The notes under the pieces: model-generated
The model's input: only the letters and a program-made list of their open reading frames with translations
What the model was told of the DNA's origin: nothing
Databases searched by the model: none
DNA from: Octopus bimaculoides
Taxonomy: Eukaryota
Assembly (NCBI RefSeq): GCF_001194135.2
Contig: NC_068997.1
Coordinates: 43,050,182-43,088,153, forward strand
Direction: 5' to 3'
Length of the DNA stretch: 37,972 nucleotides
Made by a program: the position numbers and the translations under genes
Part shown: positions 1-11,507 of the stretch, in pieces
Numbering within the stretch: position 1 is the first letter of the stretch
Layout of the letters: the number at the start of each line of letters is the position of its first letter

Positions 1-312
1 TATATATATATATATACATACACACGCACACACACACATATATATATATATACATACATACATACATACATACATACATACATACATACATACATACATA
101 GATATATGTGTGTGTGTGTTTACTTACATATATACACGCATTCGTACACACAAACACACACATACGCACCGAGAGAGATATTCATAGATAGAAGTAGATA
201 TCGAGAGCTAGATGTGTATGCGATACATGCATATGTGCGTGTATATATATATGTTTGTATGTATGTATGTGTGTATATATTTGTGTGGTGTCTTTCAGAC
301 GCGTGTGCGTAA

Positions 313-374
<62 letters not shown>
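1..374. repeat. Compound microsatellites (TA)n/(CA)n/(TACA)n, representative of many in the window
   Basis: Read directly. Other long arrays include (TAGA)n 4745-4797, 11830-11877, 12064-12124 and 19941-20084, (TACA)n 5048-5116, (CTT)n 9630-9698, (CT)n 14452-14546, (TG)n 31510-31630 and (TTA)n 37280-37358. Confidence 0.95.
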
Positions 375-864
375 NNNNNNNNNNNNNNNNNNNNNNNNNN
401 NNNNNNNNNNNNNNNNNNNNNNNNNNNNNNNNNNNNNNNNNNNNNNNNNNNNNNNNNNNNNNNNNNNNNNNNNNNNNNNNNNNNNNNNNNNNNNNNNNNN
501 NNNNNNNNNNNNNNNNNNNNNNNNNNNNNNNNNNNNNNNNNNNNNNNNNNNNNNNNNNNNNNNNNNNNNNNNNNNNNNNNNNNNNNNNNNNNNNNNNNNN
601 NNNNNNNNNNNNNNNNNNNNNNNNNNNNNNNNNNNNNNNNNNNNNNNNNNNNNNNNNNNNNNNNNNNNNNNNNNNNNNNNNNNNNNNNNNNNNNNNNNNN
701 NNNNNNNNNNNNNNNNNNNNNNNNNNNNNNNNNNNNNNNNNNNNNNNNNNNNNNNNNNNNNNNNNNNNNNNNNNNNNNNNNNNNNNNNNNNNNNNNNNNN
801 NNNNNNNNNNNNNNNNNNNNNNNNNNNNNNNNNNNNNNNNNNNNNNNNNNNNNNNNNNNNNNNN

Positions 865-1156
865 TTTATAACGTGCTTTCACTTCACTACCGAGCGCAGC
901 TCTGTGCGCCTTGGGTATGTGCTGTGGTTTGCTGTGGTGCTCTTATGGTTACTGTATTGAAAGTGTTTTGCGTAGGATGTGTACAGTGCCCAGTAGTGCA
1001 ATTTTCTGTATGTTATATATACTTGTAAGTCCTGGTGTTTTTGTTATGTATTTGTCTGAATATTTTTTTATTATACCTAAGGCACCTACTATGATAGGAA
1101 TTGTTTCTGTTTTTAGATTCCACATTCGAGTTATCTCTATTTCCAGGTCTTTGTAT

Positions 1157-1161
<5 letters not shown>
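865..1161 (-). mobile_element. 5'-truncated R4/Dong-like (RLE) non-LTR retrotransposon: ORF C-terminus plus 3' UTR
   Basis: Minus-strand KYKDLEIEITRMWNLKTETIPIIVGALG...IQKIALLGTVHILRKTL fits the RLE C-terminal pattern KY.DL..E..R.W....P...GALG...QK..LLGT..ILR. The 5' junction lies in a (TAA)n array; the 3' end runs into the N-gap. Confidence 0.8.
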
Positions 1162-1227
<66 letters not shown>

Positions 1228-1242
1228 GATTACTATTATGCT

Positions 1243-1457
1243 AAGACGGCGAGCTGGGAGAATCGTTAGCACGCCGAACGAAATGCTTAGTGATATCTCA
1301 CCAGTCGCTACGTTTTGAGTTCAAATACCGCCGGGGCCGACTTTACCTTTCATCCTTTCGCGTGCGATAAAATAAGTACCTGTGAAGCACTGAGGTCGAT
1401 GTAATCGACTATCCTACTTCCCAAAAATTTCAAGCCTTGTGCCTATAATAGAAAGGT
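1243..1457 (+). mobile_element. tRNA-headed SINE, family A (GGCGGCGAGCTGG head)
   Basis: B-box-like GAGTTCAAAT and (TTA)n tail. Aligns by eye with the copies at 7481-7699, 34127-34359 and 2530-2703 (minus). Confidence 0.75.
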
Positions 1458-1471
1458 TTATTATTATTATT

Positions 1472-2014
1472 GAGTGAGTGAGCAGTGCATGCCATCAAAC
1501 TGACACTGGGGTAAAATATACGAAGCCCAGTATACCCAGCATGACTACTCGTATGATAAGGGTATACTAGGCTCATGCATCACAACCATATGTTCACGAC
1601 ATATCAAGATTAACAGCCCATGACCTTGCAGATAGGATCCAGTTAGAATTTTCTTCAGGTCGAGTAGCCCATCTCACTCAAAAGGTCCCTGAATATGGGT
1701 TATTTAAGGATATTGAACGAAAACACCCATGTTTCTAGAGGTAGATTATCCAAACTCCAAAGAATTCCTCTGAACACATGGCTATGTTGCTCCCCCACTA
1801 CTTCTGCTCGTGATTAGAGATGCATATGTTGTCAGCCACCAAGGGACATGCTCAACTGGTTAAGGTCAAACAATTAACAAGCAAATCTGTGGTACTGAGC
1901 AGAATATTTTTAGTCCATCTTTTATACCAAAGACAAAATAATGTTCATAATAACACTTCCAATCATTGAAGATCAGAAACCATGAGAGCCACTGCCTGGT
2001 ACCGCGTCAGAGCA
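1472..2014. mobile_element. ~540-bp non-coding interspersed repeat flanked by (TTA)n on both sides
   Basis: Its start (TTATTGAGTGAG..GTGCATG.CATCAAA.TGA.ACTGGGGTAAAATATACGA) recurs at ~37360-37410, again after a (TTA)n array. No coding capacity seen. Confidence 0.6.
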
Positions 2015-2529
2015 TATTATTATCATTATTATTATCATTATTATTATTATTAATATTGTTGTTGTTGTTGTCGTCGTCGTCGTCACTATCGTCGTCGTCG
2101 TTATCGCCGTCATCATCGGCAGCAAAAAAGGTAGGACGATGTAGAGATAAGTCAATGGAAATTGGAAGTAATTTTCCTCTTCATAGATAAAATAAATCAA
2201 ATTTTGATACTCATTAATTATTGAGTTTATTATTGTTTTTAATATATGGAATTATCTCTTAAACGTCTATCTGTGTGTGTTTGTTTACCTGTATATATAC
2301 ATATGTATGTATGCAACCATGTGCATGCATGTGTGTTCGTGTGTGTGTGCATGTGCATGTGTGTATAGAAGGAATTCTCACATGTGATAGAAAATACATG
2401 ACAGACAAAACAAACGAAGAGATATGAGAAAATTCGTCCTTCATCAGCTGTTTTTCCGAAGGATTATTGCAGTATCGGCACAATCTCAGTATTGATTTCC
2501 AATTTTGACACAAGGCCAATAACCCGGGG

Positions 2530-2703
2530 CAGGTGATAAGTCGATTCCATCAACCTTAATATTTAACTGGTACTTATTTTATCGACTCCAAAAGGATGAA
2601 AAGCAAAGTTGACCCTCGAAAGAATTTGAACGCAGAACGTAAAGACAGACGAAATACCTCTAAGCGTTTTTCCCGGAGGTGCTAACAATTCTGCCAGCTC
2701 GCT
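2530..2703 (-). mobile_element. SINE family A, diverged copy
   Basis: Reverse complement begins GCGAGCTGGCAGAATTGTTAGCACC...GCGTTCAAATTC...TTTTCATCCTTTTGGAGTCGATAAAATAAGTACCAG and matches 34127-34270. Confidence 0.7.
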
Positions 2704-2784
2704 TTTAATATTTGAATTTAACATATGAGAGCGTCTCATAAAGCGAGATTTATATATCTTAAATTTGCAGAGGAATTTGTAGTG

Positions 2785-2859
2785 GGTAGTTTAGCTTAAT
2801 CAGTCAAAGCATCGTGACGCGTAATCACGGGGATGTGAGTTCGGGTCCACAGCTAGCCA
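2785..2859 (+). pseudogene. tRNA-like sequence, probable tRNA-Thr(CGT) pseudogene or tRNA-derived head
   Basis: Folds by eye into a cloverleaf: acceptor GGTAGTT/AGCTA(G)CC, D stem GCTT/AAGC, anticodon stem CGTGA/TCACG around loop CG-CGT-AA, T loop TTCGGGT. Defects are G33, G58, a T-stem deletion and an acceptor bulge. TTTT follows at 2867-2870. Confidence 0.5.
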
Positions 2860-3617
2860 CCTACACTTTTCTCTGCAAAATAGGGGTAGTTTATCTTGTT
2901 CAGGCTATATTATTAGCATTATTCTGCGATTGAGAATTTAAAATCACTTCTTTATCTATTTAATATTAAGTTCCTCAGTTTTTTTCCACTGTTAAAATTT
3001 ATAATTAATTAATTAATTTGTATATATTTGTACGTGATTTGTATCTGAGAATGATTTGCATCATTGTTGAAGTATGCGGATCTAGTGTCTTAAGCTGCGT
3101 ATGTTTTGTATATGCGTATAGGTATGCTTGCTTATGCATATGTATATATGTATGTATGTATGGATGGATGGATGCATGCATATATGTAAATAATAAATCG
3201 AACTCCGACGGATTCGACCAGTACATATTCCATTTGCTCGATGAACCGAACTACCTATTTATCGAATTCGTCTCTACGTGGCTGACTGTTCCACAAATAC
3301 TCGTACCCTTAACTTGACCCTTGGCTAGAATCAGCGTGACACAAATGAATGATAATGCTGGCCCTTTCAGTTTCAGGTACAATTCATACAATGGGCTTCC
3401 AGACGATGTCCAGTTACCAAGTTTCTCTCACAAGACTTGGGTCAGCATAGGCTTCGAGTCGCGACAATCCGAGTTCTGTTGTACAGCGTAGGTTCTTGGA
3501 CAAGTATCTTAAGTCGACCCAAGCCTTGTGAGTGAAACTGAAACTGGGCAAGGAAAAGGTAGGTGCCCTTCGAATAGACTGTGTACGCATATGTACGCAC
3601 GAGTCTGTATATGCGTA

Positions 3618-4028
3618 TTAATTGTTCAGTTTTATTTCAAGATTTCAAGCCAATGGGGAAGGCATATATTTCTAGCGTAGATCCAAAGCTCCTTCACTGG
3701 AATTTCAACAACATAAACAGGGTATTTTGCATGAATGTCTGTATATGTGCAGTATTTGGAGTCAGTGCATGTGCAGATTTGTTTTGTTTTATGTATACAT
3801 TCTCTTGCATATAGTTACATATCTAGATGTACGCATATATATTTAAATTATAAACTTCTGGAAAGGTTTACAAATGTTTACAGTTCCAGTGATGTCTTGT
3901 ATCTGTAATCTTCGAATCAGCTTTCTTCTTTCTGGCTTTGAGAAGTCTAATTTCTCATGATTGGTACTTAGGCCGTGTGTTAAATATCCTAGTTCCCCAA
4001 TAAGTACAGATATAAACATGAACTTGTA

Positions 4029-4030
<2 letters not shown>
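3618..4030 (-). mobile_element. Second RLE (R4/Dong-like) LINE family: ORF C-terminus plus 3' UTR
   Basis: Minus-strand YKFMFISVLIGELGYLTHGLSTNHEKLDFSKPERRKLIRRLQIQDITGTVNICKPFQKFII* (stop at 3843-3845) resembles the RLE C-terminal P..iGaLG...LQ....GTv.I.K pattern. The 5' junction abuts (TACA)n; the 3' UTR has AATAAA at ~3631-3636. Confidence 0.6.
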
Positions 4031-4059
<29 letters not shown>

Positions 4060-4089
4060 TGTATGTATGTATGTATGTATGTATGTATG

Positions 4090-4240
4090 TGTTTACATTC
4101 CCATAACCTAGCGGTTCGGCAAAAGACATCGATAGAATAAGCACCAGCCTTAAAAAAATTTCTGGGTTCCATATGTTCGACTAAACATTCTCCCAGGCGG
4201 TACCCCAGCATGGCTGCAGCCTATTGATTTAAACAAGGAA
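4090..4240 (+). mobile_element. SINE family B, 3' half
   Basis: GTGTTTAC.TCCC.TAAC.TAGCGGTTCGGCAAAAGAC..GATAGAATAAG...GGCGGT.C.CCAGCATGGC matches 34685-34792 and 17005-17150. Confidence 0.65.
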
Positions 4241-4460
4241 AAAGTTTAAAAAACGTTTGCAAATTTGTTTCAATTATTTTTGAAATCTACAGAATGTATA
4301 ACAAAAAAAATCTAATTATTAAATTACTGATATGATATATAATTATTAAATTATCTTACAATTGAGAAAAAAAAGAAGGGAAGCAAGGTACAGAGAAAGA
4401 TAGAACTTTCGATATTTAAACATGCACAGTAAAAGGTATGCTAGAACATGACCTAGTTAT

Positions 4461-4498
<38 letters not shown>

Positions 4499-4716
4499 AT
4501 ATTTGAAGTTTACGTCAGTTAATTAATTCGTCCATGAGGGCGTTATTTTCTTTTCGATGGTATTTATGTAGAACTCATTCGTATTCTATCACCTTTTCTG
4601 TAAGCAAGCTTAGATATTTAGCTTCGACCTTTCCTTTTTCCTTACTTGGTTTCTAATTTATGTTTTTCTAACAAGTACTACATATTTTACAACGATGGGA
4701 ATATACACACACAACA

Positions 4717-4797
<81 letters not shown>

Positions 4798-4849
4798 CAT
4801 ACATACATACATACATACATACATTCTTGTTTTTTTTTTCAAAATGTAA

Positions 4850-5035
4850 CCACATGTGAATTGTTGGTGATGTTTTTTTCTTCCGTCTTCCTTTTCTATT
4901 GGACTTTCTGTTTCTGAAGGAGAGTTTTGCCCGAAACGTTAAACCACCTTTCTTTCCTTCCCTGAGCGTCTGCTAATACTTTACATGTACCACGTCCTCG
5001 CGTTCTTGTTTTTTGTGTTTGTTCTTCGTTTTTTG
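4850..5035 (+). mobile_element. ~180-bp dispersed repeat with a degenerate hammerhead motif (4910-4944)
   Basis: Aligns over its length with 15495-15670. Contains GTTT-CTGAAGG-A-GAGTTTTGCCC-GAA-ACGT-T-AAAC. Confidence 0.6.
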
Positions 5036-6351
5036 GGGGGATTTACTACATACATACATACATACATACATACATACATACATACATACATACATACATA
5101 CATACATACATACATACAAACAAGTACATTCTTATGTACATTAATTCATTGATGTACGTATCAATACAAATTAACAGGCACGATGAAACATTTTTTCACA
5201 CCCCACGTTTTGATATATTTACAGGTGGGAGTGTAGAAGTAAGTGCATGAAATGGTATGGGCAATTACATATTGATAAATAAATAAAAACGGATAAATAT
5301 ATATAGAATTACACTTAGAATAGAAAATAAATACATATGTAAAACATGTGCATATATATGTGTATAAATATACCCAGACATGCAAACATACACACGCACA
5401 TACATACATACACATGCACACATATATACATATAAACATTCGCATATCGCGAATGGAATAAAATAACTATAATTATGGCAAGTGCTTGTGGTTTTGTGAT
5501 CTTAGTTTAGAGGGTTTACTTAAGAAAAACACCCTTATTTAAATATGCAATGGACGCAAATATAGCTCTGAAGATCATGTGAGGTGTAGCAATATATTTT
5601 ACATGTGAAGTCTCTGTATGTGTTTGTAAAAGTCCTAGATATTTCACATTGGCCTAGTTAAATACATTCAGAATGTTTGTCTAGTTTGGAAGTTATAATA
5701 TAAAAAGTTTCTGATCTTGCAATAGAACAAATACTGCAAGTTTGCTTTACCTAAAACGTTTCGCCGTAAGCTATATCGTTTATTCGCAAACTTCAGCTAC
5801 CTGATGTACGTGGATAATAACGTGTCATTTCTTTGAAGTGGATTTCGGAAAGAGGGTATGTTGATGGTATATGAGTTTGAATAGACTGCAGATGAGTTTA
5901 ATGTATGTCTTAGAAAAGTTATTGCAATGGACGGTACATGAGTAAGCAATATTCTTAGTTAGATATGAAACTTAGGAATAGAGTTGATGCAATTAGAATT
6001 ATTAGTAATGAGACTGATGTTAGGCTAATTCAAATTAGAACGACTCGATGAAGCAAGTAATTTAGTGGAGTAAAAGATTTTGATAAACTTATTGTGCAAG
6101 TTTTATAATATTTATGCAGTAGTGGAAAGTGATTCTTAAGTAGCGGATTGTAACTAGCTCATATTTCTTTCCTATTTCAATGATTAACCAGTCGTACAAG
6201 TTCATTGATGTGCATAATTTTTGCATTAAATTTTTGTATAAAATTATTATTATTGCATGGCGGCGAGCTGGCGGAACTGTTTGTTTGTATATACATATAA
6301 CATACACACAAAAAACACCAGACATACACATTTGTTAGCTTATATACATAC

Positions 6352-6400
<49 letters not shown>

Positions 6401-6589
6401 NNNNNNNNNNNNNNNNNNNNNNNNNNNNNNNNNNNNNNNNNNNNNNNNNNNNNNNNNNNNNNNNNNNNNNNNNNNNNNNNNNNNNNNNNNNNNNNNNNNN
6501 NNNNNNNNNNNNNNNNNNNNNNNNNNNNNNNNNNNNNNNNNNNNNNNNNNNNNNNNNNNNNNNNNNNNNNNNNNNNNNNNNNNNNNNNN

Positions 6590-6628
<39 letters not shown>

Positions 6629-6693
6629 TACATATATATGTATGTATGAAAAATTAAAATAAGAAATAAAAAATTATTCAAGTTCAGAACATA

Positions 6694-6731
<38 letters not shown>

Positions 6732-7289
6732 ATCTTGGAAAGAAGAAAGGCAAAATCGACTTTGATGGGATTTGAACTGAGAACATAGAGATCCAACCCA
6801 ATGCCACAACTAATCTTGTCCGATGCATAGCCAATTTATTTGATTTTTGATAGTTTTTTGTACATTTTCGGCTATTGCTTTTTCCAGATTTTTGTTTGGT
6901 ATGTATGCGGTGTGACATTTTTCAGTCAATAGCAATCAATTAATTCTATTAATATTATAGAAAAGAATCATAAATGTAATCTTAAAGAGGACAGAAAATA
7001 TTAAAACGTGTAATTTAAAAAAGAACTATAACAACAAAAGAATCTAAAGGAGAGTATGTTTACTGAGATTTATGAGTTGAAATGTGTTTTGTGGTCGCGC
7101 TTAATATGTCGATATTTAGTTAAGAAGTAAAAATAGGAAATGTCGCATAGCTTCAGCGGAGGTTGTCTAGCTACGCTAAAGTCTTGCTAACTTCAAACGA
7201 TGCTACGTAATTCAGTATGTTTGTATCTGCAGACCATATTCTAAATCGGCATGGTATTCCTATATGTACATATGCATTATGGTTATCAA

Positions 7290-7699
7290 CATCAAAATGC
7301 TTTGTGGCATTTCGTCCGACTTTATGTTCTGAATTTCGATGAGCTCGACTTTGCCTTTCATCCTTTCGGGTCGATTAAATAAGTACTAGATACGCACTGG
7401 GGTTGATGTAATCGATTTAAGCCCTTCCCCCAAATTTGAGGCCTTGAGCTTCCAGTAGAAAGGATTATCCTTATTATCGTTAAGGTGGTGAGCAGGCAAA
7501 ATTGTCAGCACCGCCGGGCGAAATGCTTAGTGGTATTTCGTCCCTCTTTACGTTCGAAGTTCAAATTCCGCAGAGGTCGACTTTGCCTTTCTTCCTTTTG
7601 GGGGTCAATAAATTAAGTACCAGTGGACCACTGGGGTCGATGCAATCGGCTATTCCCCTCCCCCAAAACTTCAGGCTTTGTGCCTTTAGTAGAAAGGAT
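7290..7699 (+). mobile_element. Two adjacent SINE family A copies (headless ~7290-7470; near full-length 7481-7699)
   Basis: Both carry GTCGACTTTGCCTT...GGGTC.AT.AA.TAAGTAC...CACTGGGGT.GATG.AATCG...CCCC.AAA.TT..GG...TG.G.CTT.AGTAGAAAGGAT. The second has a (CAT)n tail at 7701-7762. Confidence 0.7.
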
Positions 7700-7706
7700 C
7701 GTCATC

Positions 7707-7738
<32 letters not shown>

Positions 7739-7789
7739 CATCATCATCACCATCATCATCACTATTGAAACAAATATTGCTAAATATTA

Positions 7790-8890
7790 GGAGTTATTAC
7801 AAAAAGAATGTCTACAAAATGTTATTACGAATCAATAGAAAAGGGAGACTCTTTTACTTCCCGATTAAACCAAGGAGTTTTTTATCGCCTGGTGCCACAG
7901 CGATCCATTTTCACCTACATCATTGTACAGCCGAAGACGAAATTGCCGAACAAAATCTCAACTCCATTTCTGTATTCTTAGTTTGTTCAGGAAGATCTCT
8001 GAATTTGGCTTCAATAGCATCCACTTTTTTAAACCCGTCAGCCACCAGGGCTTCTCCTTAATCCTTGGTCGCACTGTGAGATTTCCTTGCTGAAGATAGT
8101 CTCGGGTTTCACATAAGTCGATAGGGATCAGTTGATAGCTCCACTCCTCTCTTTACACGAACGTCCAGCTTAGAATGAAAGAAGTCAGAGACGATAACAA
8201 AATCTACCAGTGATCTCTGATCCAAAGGTTCCTTGTATCAGGTAGTCATATAGATAACCCGGTTTTGGAAGGATGTCTCCACAATGGAGATCCCATTTTC
8301 AGCACCGAATACGAGTGAGGCCTCTCTATTTTTGAATTTAGGTTCAATCCTCCTTTCCACGTCCGATGATCAGTGCCAACTGTGCAAACAGTGCCAAATT
8401 GTGCATTGAAATTCACTTGTAGAATAATGACTCGGTTTTAATTACATCTAGAGCTGTAACAAAAGCCTCAGTGACTTCGTCATGTAAATATTTGTATTTG
8501 ATCTCGCTGTTTGGTGCATATACTTGCAACATCCACCGTGGTCCGTCCTCCTATCTAAGCTTCATGTGGCAAACCCTCCTGCCTCGTAGAACACACTCCA
8601 TAACACAATTTAACAGACATAGTTGGCATCACATCTGAATAGTGGAGTTTCCATCGTCCATCCAAATCTATGGCATCAGCTACGGAGCCTAGGAGAGGTT
8701 ACACCGATTATATCTAGCCGGTAACGTCTGATCTCCACCACTAGTTCCAGCTCTTTACCAATAAGGGTTGTGACATTCCAATTCCAAATCCTTCACCGTT
8801 GTTCCCTCTTGGATCCATTTAGGGCTCCTGAGACACGAATCCTTTGTGCTTCCATCCTACGCCTGCCATAAAAAGCTGCAGGTTTATTGT
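7790..8890 (-). mobile_element. Decayed RTE-clade (Expander/Rex3-like) LINE, AP-endonuclease region
   Basis: Frameshifted minus-strand pieces: WNVTTLIGKELELVVEIRRYRLDIIGV (~8780-8700), GWKLHYS, LQVYAPNSE (~8530-8500), NFNAQ, ENGISIVETSFQ...QRSLVDFVIVS...LDVRVKRGVELSTD (~8300-8120), KTPWFNREVK (~7880). These follow the order of APE motifs in RTE elements. Confidence 0.8.
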
Positions 8891-9663
8891 TGGTTGTTTC
8901 AACATTGGGTACAGACCGCAATGTGTGCAATGTCTTTTACAAATGGACACCCTCTACTTAAGATTCGAACGCGTCTTTTGCTAATCAGTGCGACAGACGA
9001 TGCAGTATGATTGCTCGTTTGAACCTCTTTCATATTGTAATTTTTGGTAGTTTTATTCACGCCAGGCACCAATCTGGTATTTATATTTGACCCACAAATT
9101 CATACATACATACATTCAAGCGCGCGCATACATACACACTCATTTAGTTACTTATTTTTATGTTTCCAAGTTCAAGCTTCGCCGACAGTCAACTTTGATT
9201 GGTATCTTTCCATTGCCGATAAAAGTCAAGCTTTAACACTAGTTACTTTATCAGTTTCTTTTGGTAGGTTGTTTATACGGTTATTTTTCTCTCGTTCTGT
9301 TTTGAGACAAACCACATCAATAATCCATAATAGTTTATTGCTTCTTTTTATATATATATTTATGATTATTCACACAAATTAAATAAATCTTATCATATGA
9401 TATCAAATATTACTATATCATATTAAGTATTATCGCGTAGAAACGGTGACGTATGCAATATAGTCAACAAGCCACTCTTACATTTTCGTTTCCACGTTTA
9501 TACATCTTTCATTCATTCACTTGGCAACACCGTTTCCATTTTTCATCCTATGATTTCTCTTCTTGTAGAGCAGAAAGTTCTCTTAACGATCTCATCTTCG
9601 TCGTTGTCGTCGTCGTTAACGTCTTCTTTTTTCTTCTTCTTCTTCTTCTTCTTCTTCTTCTTC

Positions 9664-9695
<32 letters not shown>

Positions 9696-9851
9696 CTTCC
9701 GCTGCTGCTGCTGCTGCTCCTGCTGCTGTGATTCCTCCTTCTGGGGTTGATAAAATAAGTAGCAATCGAGTGCTGGTTGCCAAAATAAACGACTAAACTC
9801 TCTTGCGAAACAAGTTGCCTTACGCCTATCTTAGAAAAAATAAAAAAATAA

Positions 9852-9899
<48 letters not shown>

Positions 9900-11007
9900 N
9901 NNNNNNNNNNNNNNNNNNNNNNNNNNNNNNNNNNNNNNNNNNNNNNNNNNNNNNNNNNNNNNNNNNNNNNNNNNNNNNNNNNNNNNNNNNNNNNNNNNNN
10001 NNNNNNNNNNNNNNNNNNNNNNNNNNNNNNNNNNNNNNNNNNNNNNNNNNNNNNNNNNNNNNNNNNNNNNNNNNNNNNNNNNNNNNNNNNNNNNNNNNNN
10101 NNNNNNNNNNNNNNNNNNNNNNNNNNNNNNNNNNNNNNNNNNNNNNNNNNNNNNNNNNNNNNNNNNNNNNNNNNNNNNNNNNNNNNNNNNNNNNNNNNNN
10201 NNNNNNNNNNNNNNNNNNNNNNNNNNNNNNNNNNNNNNNNNNNNNNNNNNNNNNNNNNNNNNNNNNNNNNNNNNNNNNNNNNNNNNNNNNNNNNNNNNNN
10301 NNNNNNNNNNNNNNNNNNNNNNNNNNNNNNNNNNNNNNNNNNNNNNNNNNNNNNNNNNNNNNNNNNNNNNNNNNNNNNNNNNNNNNNNNNNNNNNNNNNN
10401 NNNNNNNNNNNNNNNNNNNNNNNNNNNNNNNNNNNNNNNNNNNNNNNNNNNNNNNNNNNNNNNNNNNNNNNNNNNNNNNNNNNNNNNNNNNNNNNNNNNN
10501 NNNNNNNNNNNNNNNNNNTCAATAAAAGCCGCGACGTAATTTGTATATTTTACTTTAAGGTGAAATCAAATAGATTTTGATTACTCATTTCATGATTTTC
10601 ATGCAATCACTGCAATAAATGAAATAAAATTCTTTTTTTTACAATATGAATTACAAAAACCATTGAATGAGCACGTTAACGGTATAAAACTATTTTATGT
10701 TAGTCGCCATGTTATTTGTTTAAAGCTATCAATCCTCCGCTCGCTTACATTTTTGATAAATAACAACAAAAATGTCGAAATTTTTAATTCACGCTAAATT
10801 AAGAAAATATTTGAATTTTCTTTAAAACATGAATGAATGTCTTACGTGACTATCCACTTTTCACTTGTTAGGTAATTCAAAATACTTCAACAAATATTTT
10901 GATCTGGGACTACAAAAAATATTTCATATTTGAAAGAGTGTTTATTTTATCAGAGAGGTAACGGTCACAGACCATATTATCCTGTTTGTAAGGCTTTCTA
11001 TGTTGCA

Positions 11008-11038
<31 letters not shown>

Positions 11039-11379
11039 CGTATGTATGTATACACAGAGACATAAATACAAACACACACATGCAGACATGCAAAAATCGT
11101 TAATGTGGTTTTCTCAAGATTTTGTTCAAAAATCCTTCCGAATTTTAAAAGAATGATGTTGATAAAAATCTTTGTTTAAACACATTCTCATTAAACCTAA
11201 TTAGTATAGTAAATAGCAATTAATCACAGGTAATGGGCCGGATTAAGAACATATACAGAATACTTGATATTGTGCTTGAGTGAAATATACTCACTTATAT
11301 AGCGTCATTTTCTTTTTCGTATACCTAATGTTCCCCGTATTTCTCCACCTCTCCAATACATATACATATACATTCATAT

Positions 11380-11445
<66 letters not shown>

Positions 11446-11507
11446 TGACCGTTGACTGAACACTATTCAATTTTTTTTCTCCGTGTTTTTCTCCTTGTCT
11501 CCGTATT

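Noticed and set aside
5752-5810. Minus-strand CTGAAG...GGCGAAACGT
   Set aside because: The core is incomplete (no CUGANGA) and there is no stem I pairing.
7502-7768. ORF ending in poly-His
   Set aside because: It is SINE A sequence plus its (CAT)n tail. ORFs 32442-32696, 32703-32948, 34596-34790 and 37620-37886 are likewise SINE translations.
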